Shown piece by piece: positions 1-8,389 of a stretch of DNA of 19,118 nucleotides. Made by a program: the position numbers and the translations under genes. This DNA comes from an uncultured bacterium (GTDB taxonomy: Bacteria > Zixibacteria > MSB-5A5 > JAABVY01 > JAHJOQ01): positions 1 to 19,118 of the forward strand of contig CBDUQR010000049.1 of assembly GCA_965369655.1 (NCBI GenBank), written 5' to 3'. The notes under the pieces are model-generated. The model was not told the origin of the DNA. It searched no databases and worked only from the letters and a program-made list of their open reading frames with translations. The first letter of the stretch is position 1. Each line of letters starts with the position of its first letter.

Positions 1-26
1 ATAGAATAAAACTCTATCTTCTCGAT

Positions 27-52
27 GTGTCCACTTAATCGGGGGAGGTTCA
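27..52 (-). mobile_element. IS3-family terminal inverted repeat (element body lies left of the window edge)
   Basis: Minus strand reads TGAACCTCCCCCGATTAAGTGGACAC, the 5'-TG...GGACAC pattern typical of IS3-family ends. Its terminal TGA is the stop codon of ORF 50..1042. Confidence 0.65.
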
Positions 53-1042
53 GACGATGTACAACTCGGCAAACTGCTCCCTTCTGGATGGGACGTCGTA
101 GATCTTCGAATGCAGCAAATTGCCCTTGGTCACAACAAACTGATGTAAACCAAGTGTCTGTCCCCTCACGCGAGAGCTCTTAAGCAAATCGTGACTGAAC
201 CAGAACAGCCTCTTGTACTCGGTTCCTTTCGGAATGTCGATGCTCGGCAGGTTGGCGGTTATCTGAAAATCAGGCAGCGGCAGTACTTCGAGATCGGGCG
301 ATAACCGTATCACTCGAAGCTCAGGACCCGTTTCATCGTGGATGTACGACGCGAAAACAAGCATGTTGCCCTCACCGTCACCCACTGTCCGTACGCGCTC
401 GAATGGCAGATCGTAACTGATGATTCCAAGGTTGTTCACCAGTGGGATAGATGTGGAATCGACAATGCGACCCTGCCAGGTGTCGTACTTGTAAACATGG
501 AGATTGTCGTAACTGATATGACCATAGGTGTAAGGATGGTAGCGTTCAACATTCCTGTAACCGAATGTAAAGATGCTACTGTCATTTGGCATGTGGGTGC
601 CTGGACCGCAAGCAAACATAATGCCATTAGGGGATAACGCATACACCTTCGCTTCACCATCTTGTAAGAACACAGGCAGATTGGTTCTTGTATCAACAGC
701 CTGTCCTTTAATATTGTAGCCCCATAAGACAGCGTTGCCGTCTGGCGCAAGGAATGCTTGTGTGCTGGCTCCTCTTTCTGCACCAGATTTAACAATATTG
801 CCATTCTTATCTATGAGTTCGTATCTGAGAGAATCATGGACAAATTGGTGTAGCGCTAATATCTTACCATCCCGGCAAAACTCTACATCGATCGATTGCG
901 TCATGTAACGAGCAGGTATGCTAACCGCCGGAAATAGTTCACTCCCGTCCTCAGTGAACACCTTATAGACGAAAGCACCTTTGTCGAAATACGCTGCTGC
1001 GACATTACCGTGTTCGTCTGATTTCACAACCACGTCGCGCAC
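50..1042 (-). pseudogene. Fragment of a hypothetical protein (possibly beta-propeller-like), truncated by IS3 termini
   Basis: 330 open codons with blade-like motifs (DGKILAL, APDGNAVLW, LSPNGIMF, DGEGNMLVF). The GTG start has no RBS and lies 4 bp from an IS3-type end at 1047; the stop codon belongs to the IS end at 50-52. Confidence 0.55.
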
Positions 1043-1046
1043 AACA

Positions 1047-1222
1047 AGCAGTGGTCCCGGTTGGTTGGACAGTTTGGCGACTGTGTTAAGGTGAAGTTAG
1101 TTTGATTCATTATGCCGCCATGTTTTCAATATATACCTCCATCGGTGTTTTGTCACAAAGAGATGAATGTGGTCGATCCGTGTTGTAGTAATGCAACCAG
1201 TTTTCTATCTCCTGTTGTGCCT
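1047..1222 (-). mobile_element. IS3-family remnant: transposase C-terminus plus right inverted repeat
   Basis: Translation AQQEIENWLHYYNTDRPHSSLCDKTPMEVY* (stop 1110) matches the YNxxRPHSSL tail of IS3 OrfB. It is followed by CTGTCCAACCAACCGGGACCACTGCT, an IS3-like IRR ending in CT rather than CA. Confidence 0.8.
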
Positions 1223-1297
1223 GTCCCTTAGGATCCCCTCGTCCCTCAGGATCGGGGTCCAAGAGGACGGGATCGGGGTCCAGGAGGACGGGATCGG
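1223..1297. repeat. Short GGATC-anchored tandem repeats (18-bp and 21-bp periods)
   Basis: gtccct(t/c)aggatc at 1223 and 1241; ggatcggggtcca(a/g)gaggacg at 1249 and 1270, partial third copy at 1291. Confidence 0.9.
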
Positions 1298-1481
1298 CGA
1301 CCGACTCGTGAAGATAACTCCTCACTTTTCCCTTATCTGATACCAAACGAACCGTTAATTTATTCTCAGGCATCAATTGCCGATTCATTGGTAACCTCCC
1401 TGGTCAAAACTGTTCTGCTACATACCAGGGAGGTTCTTTTTTCCTCCAACGTCAACTTTACACATAATAAGTTACATACTC
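1298..1481 (-). mobile_element. IS256-family remnant: left end and degenerate transposase N-terminus
   Basis: Minus strand starts GAGTATGTAACTTATTATGTGTAAA (1481-1457), like IS256-family IRs that end in TGTGTAAA. GGAGG-6nt-ATG at 1388 opens ...SDKGKVRSYLHESV, resembling IS256 transposase N-termini. Confidence 0.6.
1393..1435. promoter_or_regulatory. 12-bp perfect hairpin covering the transposase RBS (also terminator-like on + strand)
   Basis: aacctccctggt (1393-1404) / accagggaggtt (1424-1435), 19-nt loop, followed by a T run on +. One arm contains the GGAGG for ATG 1388. Confidence 0.65.
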
Positions 1482-1557
1482 CGCATTTTCAACTTGTGAT
1501 GACAGAGTTTCGATTCTAATATGGAGCCTTAGACGACTTTTGGCGTAAGTACTATAT

Positions 1558-2091
1558 ATGAAACTGTCTGTCCTACAACTCGTCTGCCTTGTCTTTGCGC
1601 TCGGTCTGCCGAGTGTTGTGTATGCGGAACAGACCGACAGCTTGCTCGTTCGTGATTCAATCATATTGGAATCAGATGCCGGTGTGGAAATGCCCGGGAG
1701 AGTATTGCCGATGGGGGCGCTGTTGCGATCGGCGGCTGTGCCGGGATGGGGGCAGTTCTACAACAAGAAATACGTCAAGGCATTTGTCGTCATGGTTGGC
1801 GAGTCATATCTGGTGTATCAGTTGGCTTACAACTGGGACTTAGCCGACCAGGCTTTCGACCGGTTCTCAGCCGAATCTGATCCGGGTTTGAGAAACCGGT
1901 ATTACCTCGACTACGAGTTCTATCAGGACCGAAGAGACCTGTTCATGTGGCTGACTGGAGTAACTGTTTTTCTGTCGATGATCGATGCCTATGTTGATGC
2001 GCACCTGTCAGGTTTCGATATCGATGTCACTCCGCCGTTCGATGAGCCTGGATCGGGTGTTGCCATGGTCACGCTGACATATCGATTCTGA
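1558..2091 (+). CDS. DUF5683-like exported/membrane protein
   Basis: Signal-peptide-like N-terminus; motifs ALLRSAAVPGWGQFYNKKYVKA and SMIDAYVDAHL; ends in LTYRF. Confidence 0.8.
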   Translation: MKLSVLQLVCLVFALGLPSVVYAEQTDSLLVRDSIILESDAGVEMPGRVLPMGALLRSAAVPGWGQFYNKKYVKAFVVMVGESYLVYQLAYNWDLADQAFDRFSAESDPGLRNRYYLDYEFYQDRRDLFMWLTGVTVFLSMIDAYVDAHLSGFDIDVTPPFDEPGSGVAMVTLTYRF

Positions 2092-2259
2092 CGCGGAGCA
2101 GTCAGACTATTGCAATCGGTGTTTTCTTTTCCTGATCGAGCGCTTGCCTGACTGAACCAGCCTGCCCGCACAGAAATGTGTGGACTTCACAGCAAGGTAA
2201 ACCGAAAGACGGGAGAAGCCGATATTATCTATGTGCAAAAACACTTAACGGGAGACTGT

Positions 2260-2784
2260 ATGATGAACTTCAGATCAAATGCATTCATATCGCTTGCATT
2301 ATTCGTGTTGATTGCCGGATGCACGGGGAGTTCCGCGCCTGTCGTTGAACTCGAAAGCTTTCCGATCAGCAGCCTCGATGGCGTTGTGTCGCGATCCGAT
2401 GTCTCGTTCGACCGCGTCATCACCAGCGATGGAAACGGATCGCTGGCGATTACCACCGACCATCCTGTGACTGTCCGACTGTTCGAGCTGCGCGGAGTGG
2501 ATGTTGAAGACGCGAGGCTGATTTACAAGGCGAAACTCCGCTGTGAGGATCTCGAAGGCCAGGTATATCTCGAGATGATGTGCCACTTCGAAGGTATGGG
2601 AGAGTTCTTCTCGCGCGGGCTGCACTCTCCGATAAGCGGCACGACCGAATGGACCACCGAAGAAACGCCGTTCTTTCTCAGGAAGGGACAGAAGCCTGAC
2701 TATATCAAGCTGAACCTTGTGATCGAGGGGACCGGATCGGCGTGGATCGATGATGTTCAACTCCTGAAAGCGCCACTCGGATAG
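2260..2784 (+). CDS. Hypothetical lipoprotein, beta-sandwich (CBM-like) fold likely
   Basis: GGAG at 2251-2254 precedes ATG 2260, a better start than 2176. Hydrophobic stretch then lipobox IAGC; C-terminal GTGSAWIDDVQL resembles galactose-binding-like jelly rolls. Confidence 0.75.
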   Translation: MMNFRSNAFISLALFVLIAGCTGSSAPVVELESFPISSLDGVVSRSDVSFDRVITSDGNGSLAITTDHPVTVRLFELRGVDVEDARLIYKAKLRCEDLEGQVYLEMMCHFEGMGEFFSRGLHSPISGTTEWTTEETPFFLRKGQKPDYIKLNLVIEGTGSAWIDDVQLLKAPLG

Positions 2785-2833
2785 TGAGGTTGTTGATAAG
2801 CCCCTCGTCAGGCAGCACGCAGGATGATGTTCC

Positions 2834-3080
2834 GCAGATAGACTGCCTGAGATCAAGTGTGATCCGCACCAGATTCAGCAGGTGGCGCTAAACCTGATGC
2901 TCAACGCTGCGGATGCGATGGATGGCAAGGGCACGATCAAGATCACGACAAGATACGAGCGCAAACATGACCGGTGCGTCATATTGGTCGAGGACAATGG
3001 TCCGGGGATTCCCGAGAATCTCATAGATAAAATATTTGAGCCGTTCTTTTCGACAAAGGGAACGAACGGCCTCGGTCTGC
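2834..3080 (+). pseudogene. Sensor histidine kinase fragment (HATPase_c domain only)
   Basis: LPEIKCDPHQIQQVALNLMLNAADAM (N box), EDNGPGI (G1), IFEPFFSTK (F), GTNGLGL (G2). In-frame stop at 2825-2827 upstream, no H-box, and similarity ends right after G2. Confidence 0.85.
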
Positions 3081-3087
3081 CCCACAT

Positions 3088-3161
3088 GTGGCCCACCGCT
3101 TGCGGTGGAAATTGTTGAATAGAAGATGAATCCTAAGACCTCACCCCAAGGGGTGAGCCAC
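3088..3161. repeat. Inverted pair of GTGG-type REP hairpins (REPIN-like doublet)
   Basis: + strand GTGG-C-CCACCGC-TT-GCGGTGG (3088-3108); - strand GTGG-CTCACCCC-TT-GGGGTGAG (3161-3140). Confidence 0.75.
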
Positions 3162-3190
3162 CTGTTCCTTCAAGTTCTTGCCACATTGCA

Positions 3191-3225
3191 AACCCACCCG
3201 GCGCTGCGCTCTGGGTGGGCTACCG
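3191..3225 (-). repeat. GTAG-type REP hairpin, copy 1
   Basis: Minus strand CGGTAGCCCACCCAGAGCGCAGCGCCGGGTGGGTT; 31/35 identical to 19067-19101. Confidence 0.85.
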
Positions 3226-3228
3226 ACT

Positions 3229-3816
3229 TTAGAACAGCTCTACATAGATGTCGGGATAGTTCTGCTTAAACCAGTTTACGAATGCTTCGGGCTTGCCTCG
3301 ATAGTCTCCAACATATTTGTGGAACAGCTCATCACTTTTTGAGAATCTGCTCACGTATGGTCCTTCTTCTGACAAGCTCCTTATCAGATTGGCCTTCTGT
3401 CTTTCGTTCTGAACATAGATAAGCGTCCTGTGTCCGGAGAGGTCCCAATCGTGACGTGAGGTAACCAGCCTGCGATTGTAATAGTTGGGCATTCTTCCCA
3501 AGAGGCTGAACACCAATCGGACGAGGCAAATGATCAGTGCGAAGTTGATCTGATGAATAGTCTTCGCATCTTTCAACGTCTTAAGACCATTGTCGCAGAT
3601 TCCCGTCAGAATTCGTTGCTGGTAGCGATCACTGAGCTTGACATTGGTAATTACTGCTTTTCGCAGAGACTTCAATACTCTCGATATATGCCTTTTCCAA
3701 ACAGCAGGCCTATTGCCGATATTGCAGAATCCGTTGTACGTACGATTTCCAAAGAGTCTGGAAAGGATGTACTCGAATTCATAGGGCGCGTGTATTTTGT
3801 TCTTGAACGGATCCAT
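3229..3816 (-). CDS. Hypothetical basic protein, 195 aa
   Basis: Intact ORF with AAGGAGG RBS upstream of the ATG; visibly AT-richer than rarA; no family recognised. Confidence 0.75.
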   Translation of the reverse strand: MDPFKNKIHAPYEFEYILSRLFGNRTYNGFCNIGNRPAVWKRHISRVLKSLRKAVITNVKLSDRYQQRILTGICDNGLKTLKDAKTIHQINFALIICLVRLVFSLLGRMPNYYNRRLVTSRHDWDLSGHRTLIYVQNERQKANLIRSLSEEGPYVSRFSKSDELFHKYVGDYRGKPEAFVNWFKQNYPDIYVELF

Positions 3817-3883
3817 GCTCCGGCCTCCTTAACGTGTACTTTCAGATTCCTTTCCTGTTCATTGCTGTACAAACTCCAATCGA

Positions 3884-5224
3884 TTACTCCTCCCCTTTCT
3901 GTTTCTTTTTCAGATTTTCCCACCACTCGATGCGTTCTTTGATAGTTTTTTCGAAGCCGAATTTGCTGGGCGTATAGAATTTCCTGCCCTGAAGTGATTC
4001 GGGGAGATACTCCTGTGCGATGTAGCCGTCATCATAGTCATGCGCGTATTTGTAATCCTTGCCGTAGTCGAGATCTTTCATCAGGCGGGTCGGAGCGTTT
4101 CTGATATGCAGAGGCACGGGTTCGGCGGGGCTTTCCTGGATTTCGCGCATGACACTTTTGTATGCTTTGTAAAGACTGTTCGATTTGGGTGCGGTCGCCA
4201 GATAGACCACAGCTTCAGCCAGAGCAAGCTCGCCCTCCGGCGATCCGAGGAAATGATACGTATCTTTGGCTGCGACACAGAGACTCAGCGCCTGCGGGTC
4301 GGCAGCGCCGATATCCTCGACCGCCATGCGGATAAGCCGACGCGCAACAAACAACGGGTCCTCGCCGGCGTAGAGCATCCGCCCAAGCCAGTAGAGCGCA
4401 GCATCGACATCGGACCCGCGCACAGCCTTGTGCAACGCAGAGATGATATTGTAATGCTCCTCGCCATTCTTGTCGTAGAGGACTGTTTTCTTCTGGAGGA
4501 CTGTCTCGGCTTTCTCTTTCGTGATATGCTTGTCGTCAGCATCGCGATACTGCTCTGCGATCAGTTCGAGATACGACAGCGCACGGCGAGCATCGCCTGA
4601 TGACAACGCGATAAGATAATCGAAAACATCATCATCGAGTTCGAGACCGGCATCGCCGATGCCCTTCTCACTCTGCTCAAGAGCACGCCGAAGGATCATA
4701 CGAATATGATCCGGTTCGAGTTGATTGAGAGTGAACACCTGGCATCGCGAGAGCAGCGGTCCGATCACCTCAAACGACGGATTTTCCGTGGTCGCACCGA
4801 GTAGAATTATCGTGCCTTTCTCGACATACGGCAGGAAGAAATCCTGTTGCGCCTTGTTGAAGCGATGAATCTCATCGATAAAGAGGACTGTCCGCCGATG
4901 GTAAACCATCCATTCCTGTTCGGCGCGCGCGACAACCTGTTTGATCTCCTTGATGCTCGTCACAACTGCGGAGAAGAAGACGAATTTTGCATCGACAGCT
5001 TTGGAGATTACAAACGCGAGGGTGGTCTTGCCGCATCCCGGCGGTCCCCAGAGAATCATCGAGGGGATATTTCTCTGCTCCATTGCTCGCGAGATTGGTT
5101 TGCCCTCGCCGACAAGATGCTCCTGTCCCACGAAGTCGGAGAGTTCCATCGGGCGCAACCGCTCTGCCAGCGGCCTTGGTGGCTGGGCGTCAGAATCAGC
5201 CGTTTCTTCTTCGAACAGATCCAT
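3884..5224 (-). CDS. rarA: Replication-associated recombination protein A (MgsA/RarA AAA+ ATPase)
   Basis: PLAERLRP, Walker [10 protein letters not shown], Walker [46 protein letters not shown]. Confidence 0.97.
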   Translation of the reverse strand: MDLFEEETADSDAQPPRPLAERLRPMELSDFVGQEHLVGEGKPISRAMEQRNIPSMILWGPPGCGKTTLAFVISKAVDAKFVFFSAVVTSIKEIKQVVARAEQEWMVYHRRTVLFIDEIHRFNKAQQDFFLPYVEKGTIILLGATTENPSFEVIGPLLSRCQVFTLNQLEPDHIRMILRRALEQSEKGIGDAGLELDDDVFDYLIALSSGDARRALSYLELIAEQYRDADDKHITKEKAETVLQKKTVLYDKNGEEHYNIISALHKAVRGSDVDAALYWLGRMLYAGEDPLFVARRLIRMAVEDIGAADPQALSLCVAAKDTYHFLGSPEGELALAEAVVYLATAPKSNSLYKAYKSVMREIQESPAEPVPLHIRNAPTRLMKDLDYGKDYKYAHDYDDGYIAQEYLPESLQGRKFYTPSKFGFEKTIKERIEWWENLKKKQKGEE

Positions 5225-5739
5225 TCCTTACCCTAATCTGCATTTGCGCTGCGGGTTATGCCTAATCGCGTTTCAGGCTGAAATGTACTGCTGAAGCGCA
5301 AATGAGACAATCACTTTGTGGCGGCAGAATAGCATCATGGCGAGTGCAGAAATGGCTGTTTTTCGACTAAAGTCATCACGCCGCAGGCCGATAATCGTCT
5401 GGCGTGAACGAGAGTAGTTCATTAGTGAAAAGCACAAATGCGGGCATTCGTGCGTCGGGCAGTTCCGGCACAATTCAGAAAGAGAGGGAGTAGTGAACAG
5501 AGTGGCAGAATCGGCAACCAGAAACAGGATCAAAGATATTCCTCTAACAAGTGACATGTTTATCAGCGATACAGATCATCCAATCGACATCGAGTCGACC
5601 AGGACTGAATCCCGCATAGTGCTCTATTGTCAATCCAGCGGGACAAGCGTCTAGAGAAACCGCAGAATATCGCTCCAACTGAGTACCGAATGAATGCCGA
5701 TGTAACGCCGCCGGAATCGCAGCGCACCGACTATCAATT

Positions 5740-6870
5740 CTAAATCAAATTCGATATTATCTCATTGGAAACGAACATGCCATCAGGCGTCAGGCGAACG
5801 GAGTCGGAGTCATAATCGAGCAGACCGTGAGAATGATAGCGATCGAGAATCTCTCGATGGATTGACAGGAAATCCGTTCCAAATCTACTCTCATATTCCG
5901 CCAGATCGAGCCCTTTCGAGAGTCTGAGAGAAAGCATGACGAATTCGCGCAGTGCGGTATCGGGTGTGATCCTGTCGATCTCGGCAACCGCTTTGCCGTA
6001 CCTGGTTACGTCTGTTACATAGCGGTCGATATCGGATACGTTTTTCCATCTGAGTGGATGGACATACGACGCTGCGGACGGGCCGACACCGAGATACGGT
6101 TTGCCGGTCCAATACGCCAGGTTGTGGCTGCATTCGAATCCTTCGCGCGCGAAGTTCGAAATCTCGTATTGAGCGAAACCAGACTCTGTCAGCATTGCAA
6201 CAGCCGACAGGTACATCGTGCGTACGACTTCGTCGTCGGGCAGCGACATAGCTCCAGAGTGGATTGACTCGTGAAGCCTCGTGCCTTCTTCGAGCGTGAG
6301 ACAATACATCGACACATGCCGGGGCGCGAGCGCTATCGCATCCGCAAGTGTCCGCAGCCACGAATCGACAGATTGATCGGGGATGCCGTAGATCAGATCG
6401 ACCGAGAAGTTGACATCATGGCTGTGCAGGAGTTCGACAGACTTGTGTGCAGATTCAGCATCGTGACGCCTTCCGAGAACCTTGAGTTCGTTGTCGCTGA
6501 GTGACTGCACACCGACCGAGAAGCGATTCACTCCTGCGGCAAGATATCCCTCCAACATGCTTCCGGTCAGATCATCGGGATTGACTTCCATGCTTATCTC
6601 GGCATTCGGAGCGAGCGGGAACAAGCCGATGATGGTTTCAACTATAGCGTCAATCTCATCCGGAGACATGAGCGATGGCGTTCCACCGCCGAAGAAGATC
6701 GTGTCCAGTTTATTTCCTGCAAAACGATCATCCTTTGAATAGACATGTATCTCTTTTCCGAGAGCGTCAATGAATGATGGTCGCTTATCGAGGTCTGTCA
6801 CGGAGAAAAAATCGCAGTATGCACATTTACGTTTGCAGAAAGGGATATGTACGTAGATTGAAAAACCCAT
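5740..6870 (-). CDS. hemW: Radical SAM heme chaperone HemW (HemN-like)
   Basis: IYVHIPFCKRKCAYCDF (CxxxCxxC), FGGGTPS, YEISNF, HNLAYW (HNxxYW). Confidence 0.92.
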   Translation of the reverse strand: MGFSIYVHIPFCKRKCAYCDFFSVTDLDKRPSFIDALGKEIHVYSKDDRFAGNKLDTIFFGGGTPSLMSPDEIDAIVETIIGLFPLAPNAEISMEVNPDDLTGSMLEGYLAAGVNRFSVGVQSLSDNELKVLGRRHDAESAHKSVELLHSHDVNFSVDLIYGIPDQSVDSWLRTLADAIALAPRHVSMYCLTLEEGTRLHESIHSGAMSLPDDEVVRTMYLSAVAMLTESGFAQYEISNFAREGFECSHNLAYWTGKPYLGVGPSAASYVHPLRWKNVSDIDRYVTDVTRYGKAVAEIDRITPDTALREFVMLSLRLSKGLDLAEYESRFGTDFLSIHREILDRYHSHGLLDYDSDSVRLTPDGMFVSNEIISNLI

Positions 6871-6891
6871 TGTGAATCCAATGCGATTTTC

Positions 6892-6925
6892 AAAACCGAA
6901 CGGACGGCCAATTCGACCGTCCGTT
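6892..6925 (-). terminator. Probable intrinsic terminator after the ferritin-like gene
   Basis: Stem aacggacgg (6899-6907) / ccgtccgtt (6917-6925); CGGTTTT follows on the minus strand. Confidence 0.6.
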
Positions 6926-6956
6926 TATGATTGCGTTTACTATCTCGTGTTGGAGC

Positions 6957-7409
6957 TCAGTTCTCTTTCAGCACATAGTCGTCGTATTCGATCTCAAAGC
7001 GAAGCTTGTGCCTGGCCTCTTCCTGAGCGAGCGCAAGCAGAGTTGTCTGCACAACGGCGTTGTCGGTCGCTGACGCGAGATCAGTGTAGAGCTTAAACGC
7101 GGCCTTTTCAGCCTTCATCGCGACTATCAGCGCCTGCTGGAAATCGAGATCGGTCGAGAGTTCGATTTCGGTCAGATGATCGCCGATCTTGAGATCCATT
7201 ACCTTCTTCTCAGCCGGCGCCATCAGCTTACCGTCCTTGATTCCCTCGATTTTCTTTTTGTGCCCGAGTTCTTCCTTCGCGAACCCCTCGAACACTTTCT
7301 TCATGTACTCTCTGTCCATCTTTGCGGCAAGACCCATGTAGAAATCGTGGGCATCCTGCTCTTTCTCGATCGCGTAGTCGAGAATTTTATCAACAGAGTC
7401 GAGTTTCAT
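6957..7409 (-). CDS. Rubrerythrin-like ferritin-family di-iron protein (no rubredoxin domain)
   Basis: Two E...EExxH units (EKEQDAHDFY...EELGH; AEKAAFKLY...EEARH). CAGGAGG RBS before ATG 7409. Confidence 0.9.
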   Translation of the reverse strand: MKLDSVDKILDYAIEKEQDAHDFYMGLAAKMDREYMKKVFEGFAKEELGHKKKIEGIKDGKLMAPAEKKVMDLKIGDHLTEIELSTDLDFQQALIVAMKAEKAAFKLYTDLASATDNAVVQTTLLALAQEEARHKLRFEIEYDDYVLKEN

Positions 7410-7468
7410 TTTTCCTCCTGAGACCACAGGCGGTAAGATTCATCCTCCTGTCGTCAGTTGATTCTTAT

Positions 7469-7843
7469 CTATGCTTTCCACAAGCCGTGCAGGTTGCACA
7501 TTTCGCGGGCGAAGACCGAATCCGCATCGACTGAGAATGTCGCCACAGGCTTGTCGCCCGGATTGAGGAACTGCCGATACGCTTTGCCGTCTGCAACAAG
7601 CTCAATCCACTCGATGAAATGCTTTTCCTCCATCGGATGTTCCACACTGCCTACGGTAACTTTGTATCCACCGTCGATTTTCTCGATAACAGGCACATGT
7701 TTCTCCGTGGCGGCATCCGTCGTGTTCTCTGTCAGAAGATTCATCGGCTGATTGCAGCAGACAAGAGTCCCGGCTCCGGTGTGAATGACTTCGACCATAT
7801 TCCCACATATGGCGCACTGATAAATCTGCAATTTCTCCGTCAT
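7469..7843 (-). CDS. dfx: Desulfoferrodoxin (2Fe superoxide reductase)
   Basis: YQCAICGN...LVCC desulforedoxin centre; EKHVP, HPM, HFIEWI and CNLHGLW of the SOR centre. Confidence 0.96.
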   Translation of the reverse strand: MTEKLQIYQCAICGNMVEVIHTGAGTLVCCNQPMNLLTENTTDAATEKHVPVIEKIDGGYKVTVGSVEHPMEEKHFIEWIELVADGKAYRQFLNPGDKPVATFSVDADSVFAREMCNLHGLWKA

Positions 7844-8031
7844 GATTCACCTTTCTATTTATAAACGCATAGTATCTCAGCAGAATATAATTAAGTCCGT
7901 CAGGAAATCCAAACGAAGACTCGTAATATTCGCGTTATCATAACACCTGCTCGTCGTCTGCCTGACTCTGACTACCTTTACCGGAATGATAGTACTTCCC
8001 AATCCAGTTGAATAGATCGAAACCCCCGCAT

Positions 8032-8050
8032 GTCCTGAGCTTTCGAAGGG
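8032..8050 (+). repeat. GTCCTGAGC...GAAGGG REP-like repeat, copy 1
   Basis: GTCCTGAGCTTTCGAAGGG, enclosed by tcgaaacc (8018-8025) / ggtttcga (8052-8059); related copy at 15893-15912 (-). Confidence 0.55.
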
Positions 8051-8286
8051 CGGTTTCGACATCCCAGTTACTTGATCCTTCCAACATAGTTGTCGATTCA
8101 ATGATGCTGATCCAAAGCGAAGATAATCAACAATTCTGCTTAAATTGAGCGCATAGCGGCGAGCTATTATCCTAACCCGTGCAAAGCGGCAGGTGGATTA
8201 CTGTTGGTATCCAACAAGAGAATTGCACTTCGATCATCTGTATGCCAGCGAAAACAAGACCCATCCACGCATGTAGTTACACACCA

Positions 8287-8380
8287 TGTCATCCCGACGA
8301 ATGGGCTTGTTGAAAAACTCCATATCGCGCACGGGGCCGTGATGCTGTCATCACGAGAAGCGACAGCGACGTGGTGATCT
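8287..8380 (+). repeat. GTCAT-type REP-like palindromic repeats
   Basis: tgtcatcccgacgaatggg (8287-8305) and tgtcatcacgagaagcgacagcgacgtggtgatct (8346-8380) resemble the GTCATTGCGAG...CGAxGxGGCAATCT class of extragenic palindromes. Confidence 0.55.
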
Positions 8381-8389
8381 TTCGTTATC

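Noticed and set aside
1223..1297. CRISPR-like mini array
   Set aside because: Units are contiguous tandem copies with no unique spacers, and no cas genes are present.
1110..1388. 92-aa ORF as a functional transposase
   Set aside because: Mosaic of two IS families and a repeat; no DDE core.
2176..2259. Longer N-terminus for the lipoprotein
   Set aside because: RBS and signal peptide fit ATG 2260.
5234..5308. Integron attC site
   Set aside because: The hairpin lacks the RYYYAAC/GTTRRRY boxes and no integrase is present.
5273..5557. 94-aa Cys-containing ORF
   Set aside because: No RBS and no recognisable family; cannot be supported as a gene.
7410..7455. Two CAGGAGGA copies suggesting a leader peptide
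   Set aside because: The ATG after the upstream copy abuts the GGAGG with no spacing; only the downstream copy fits a start.
7877..8101. 74-aa ORF upstream of dfx
   Set aside because: TTG start without RBS, overlaps a repeat element and the likely promoter region.
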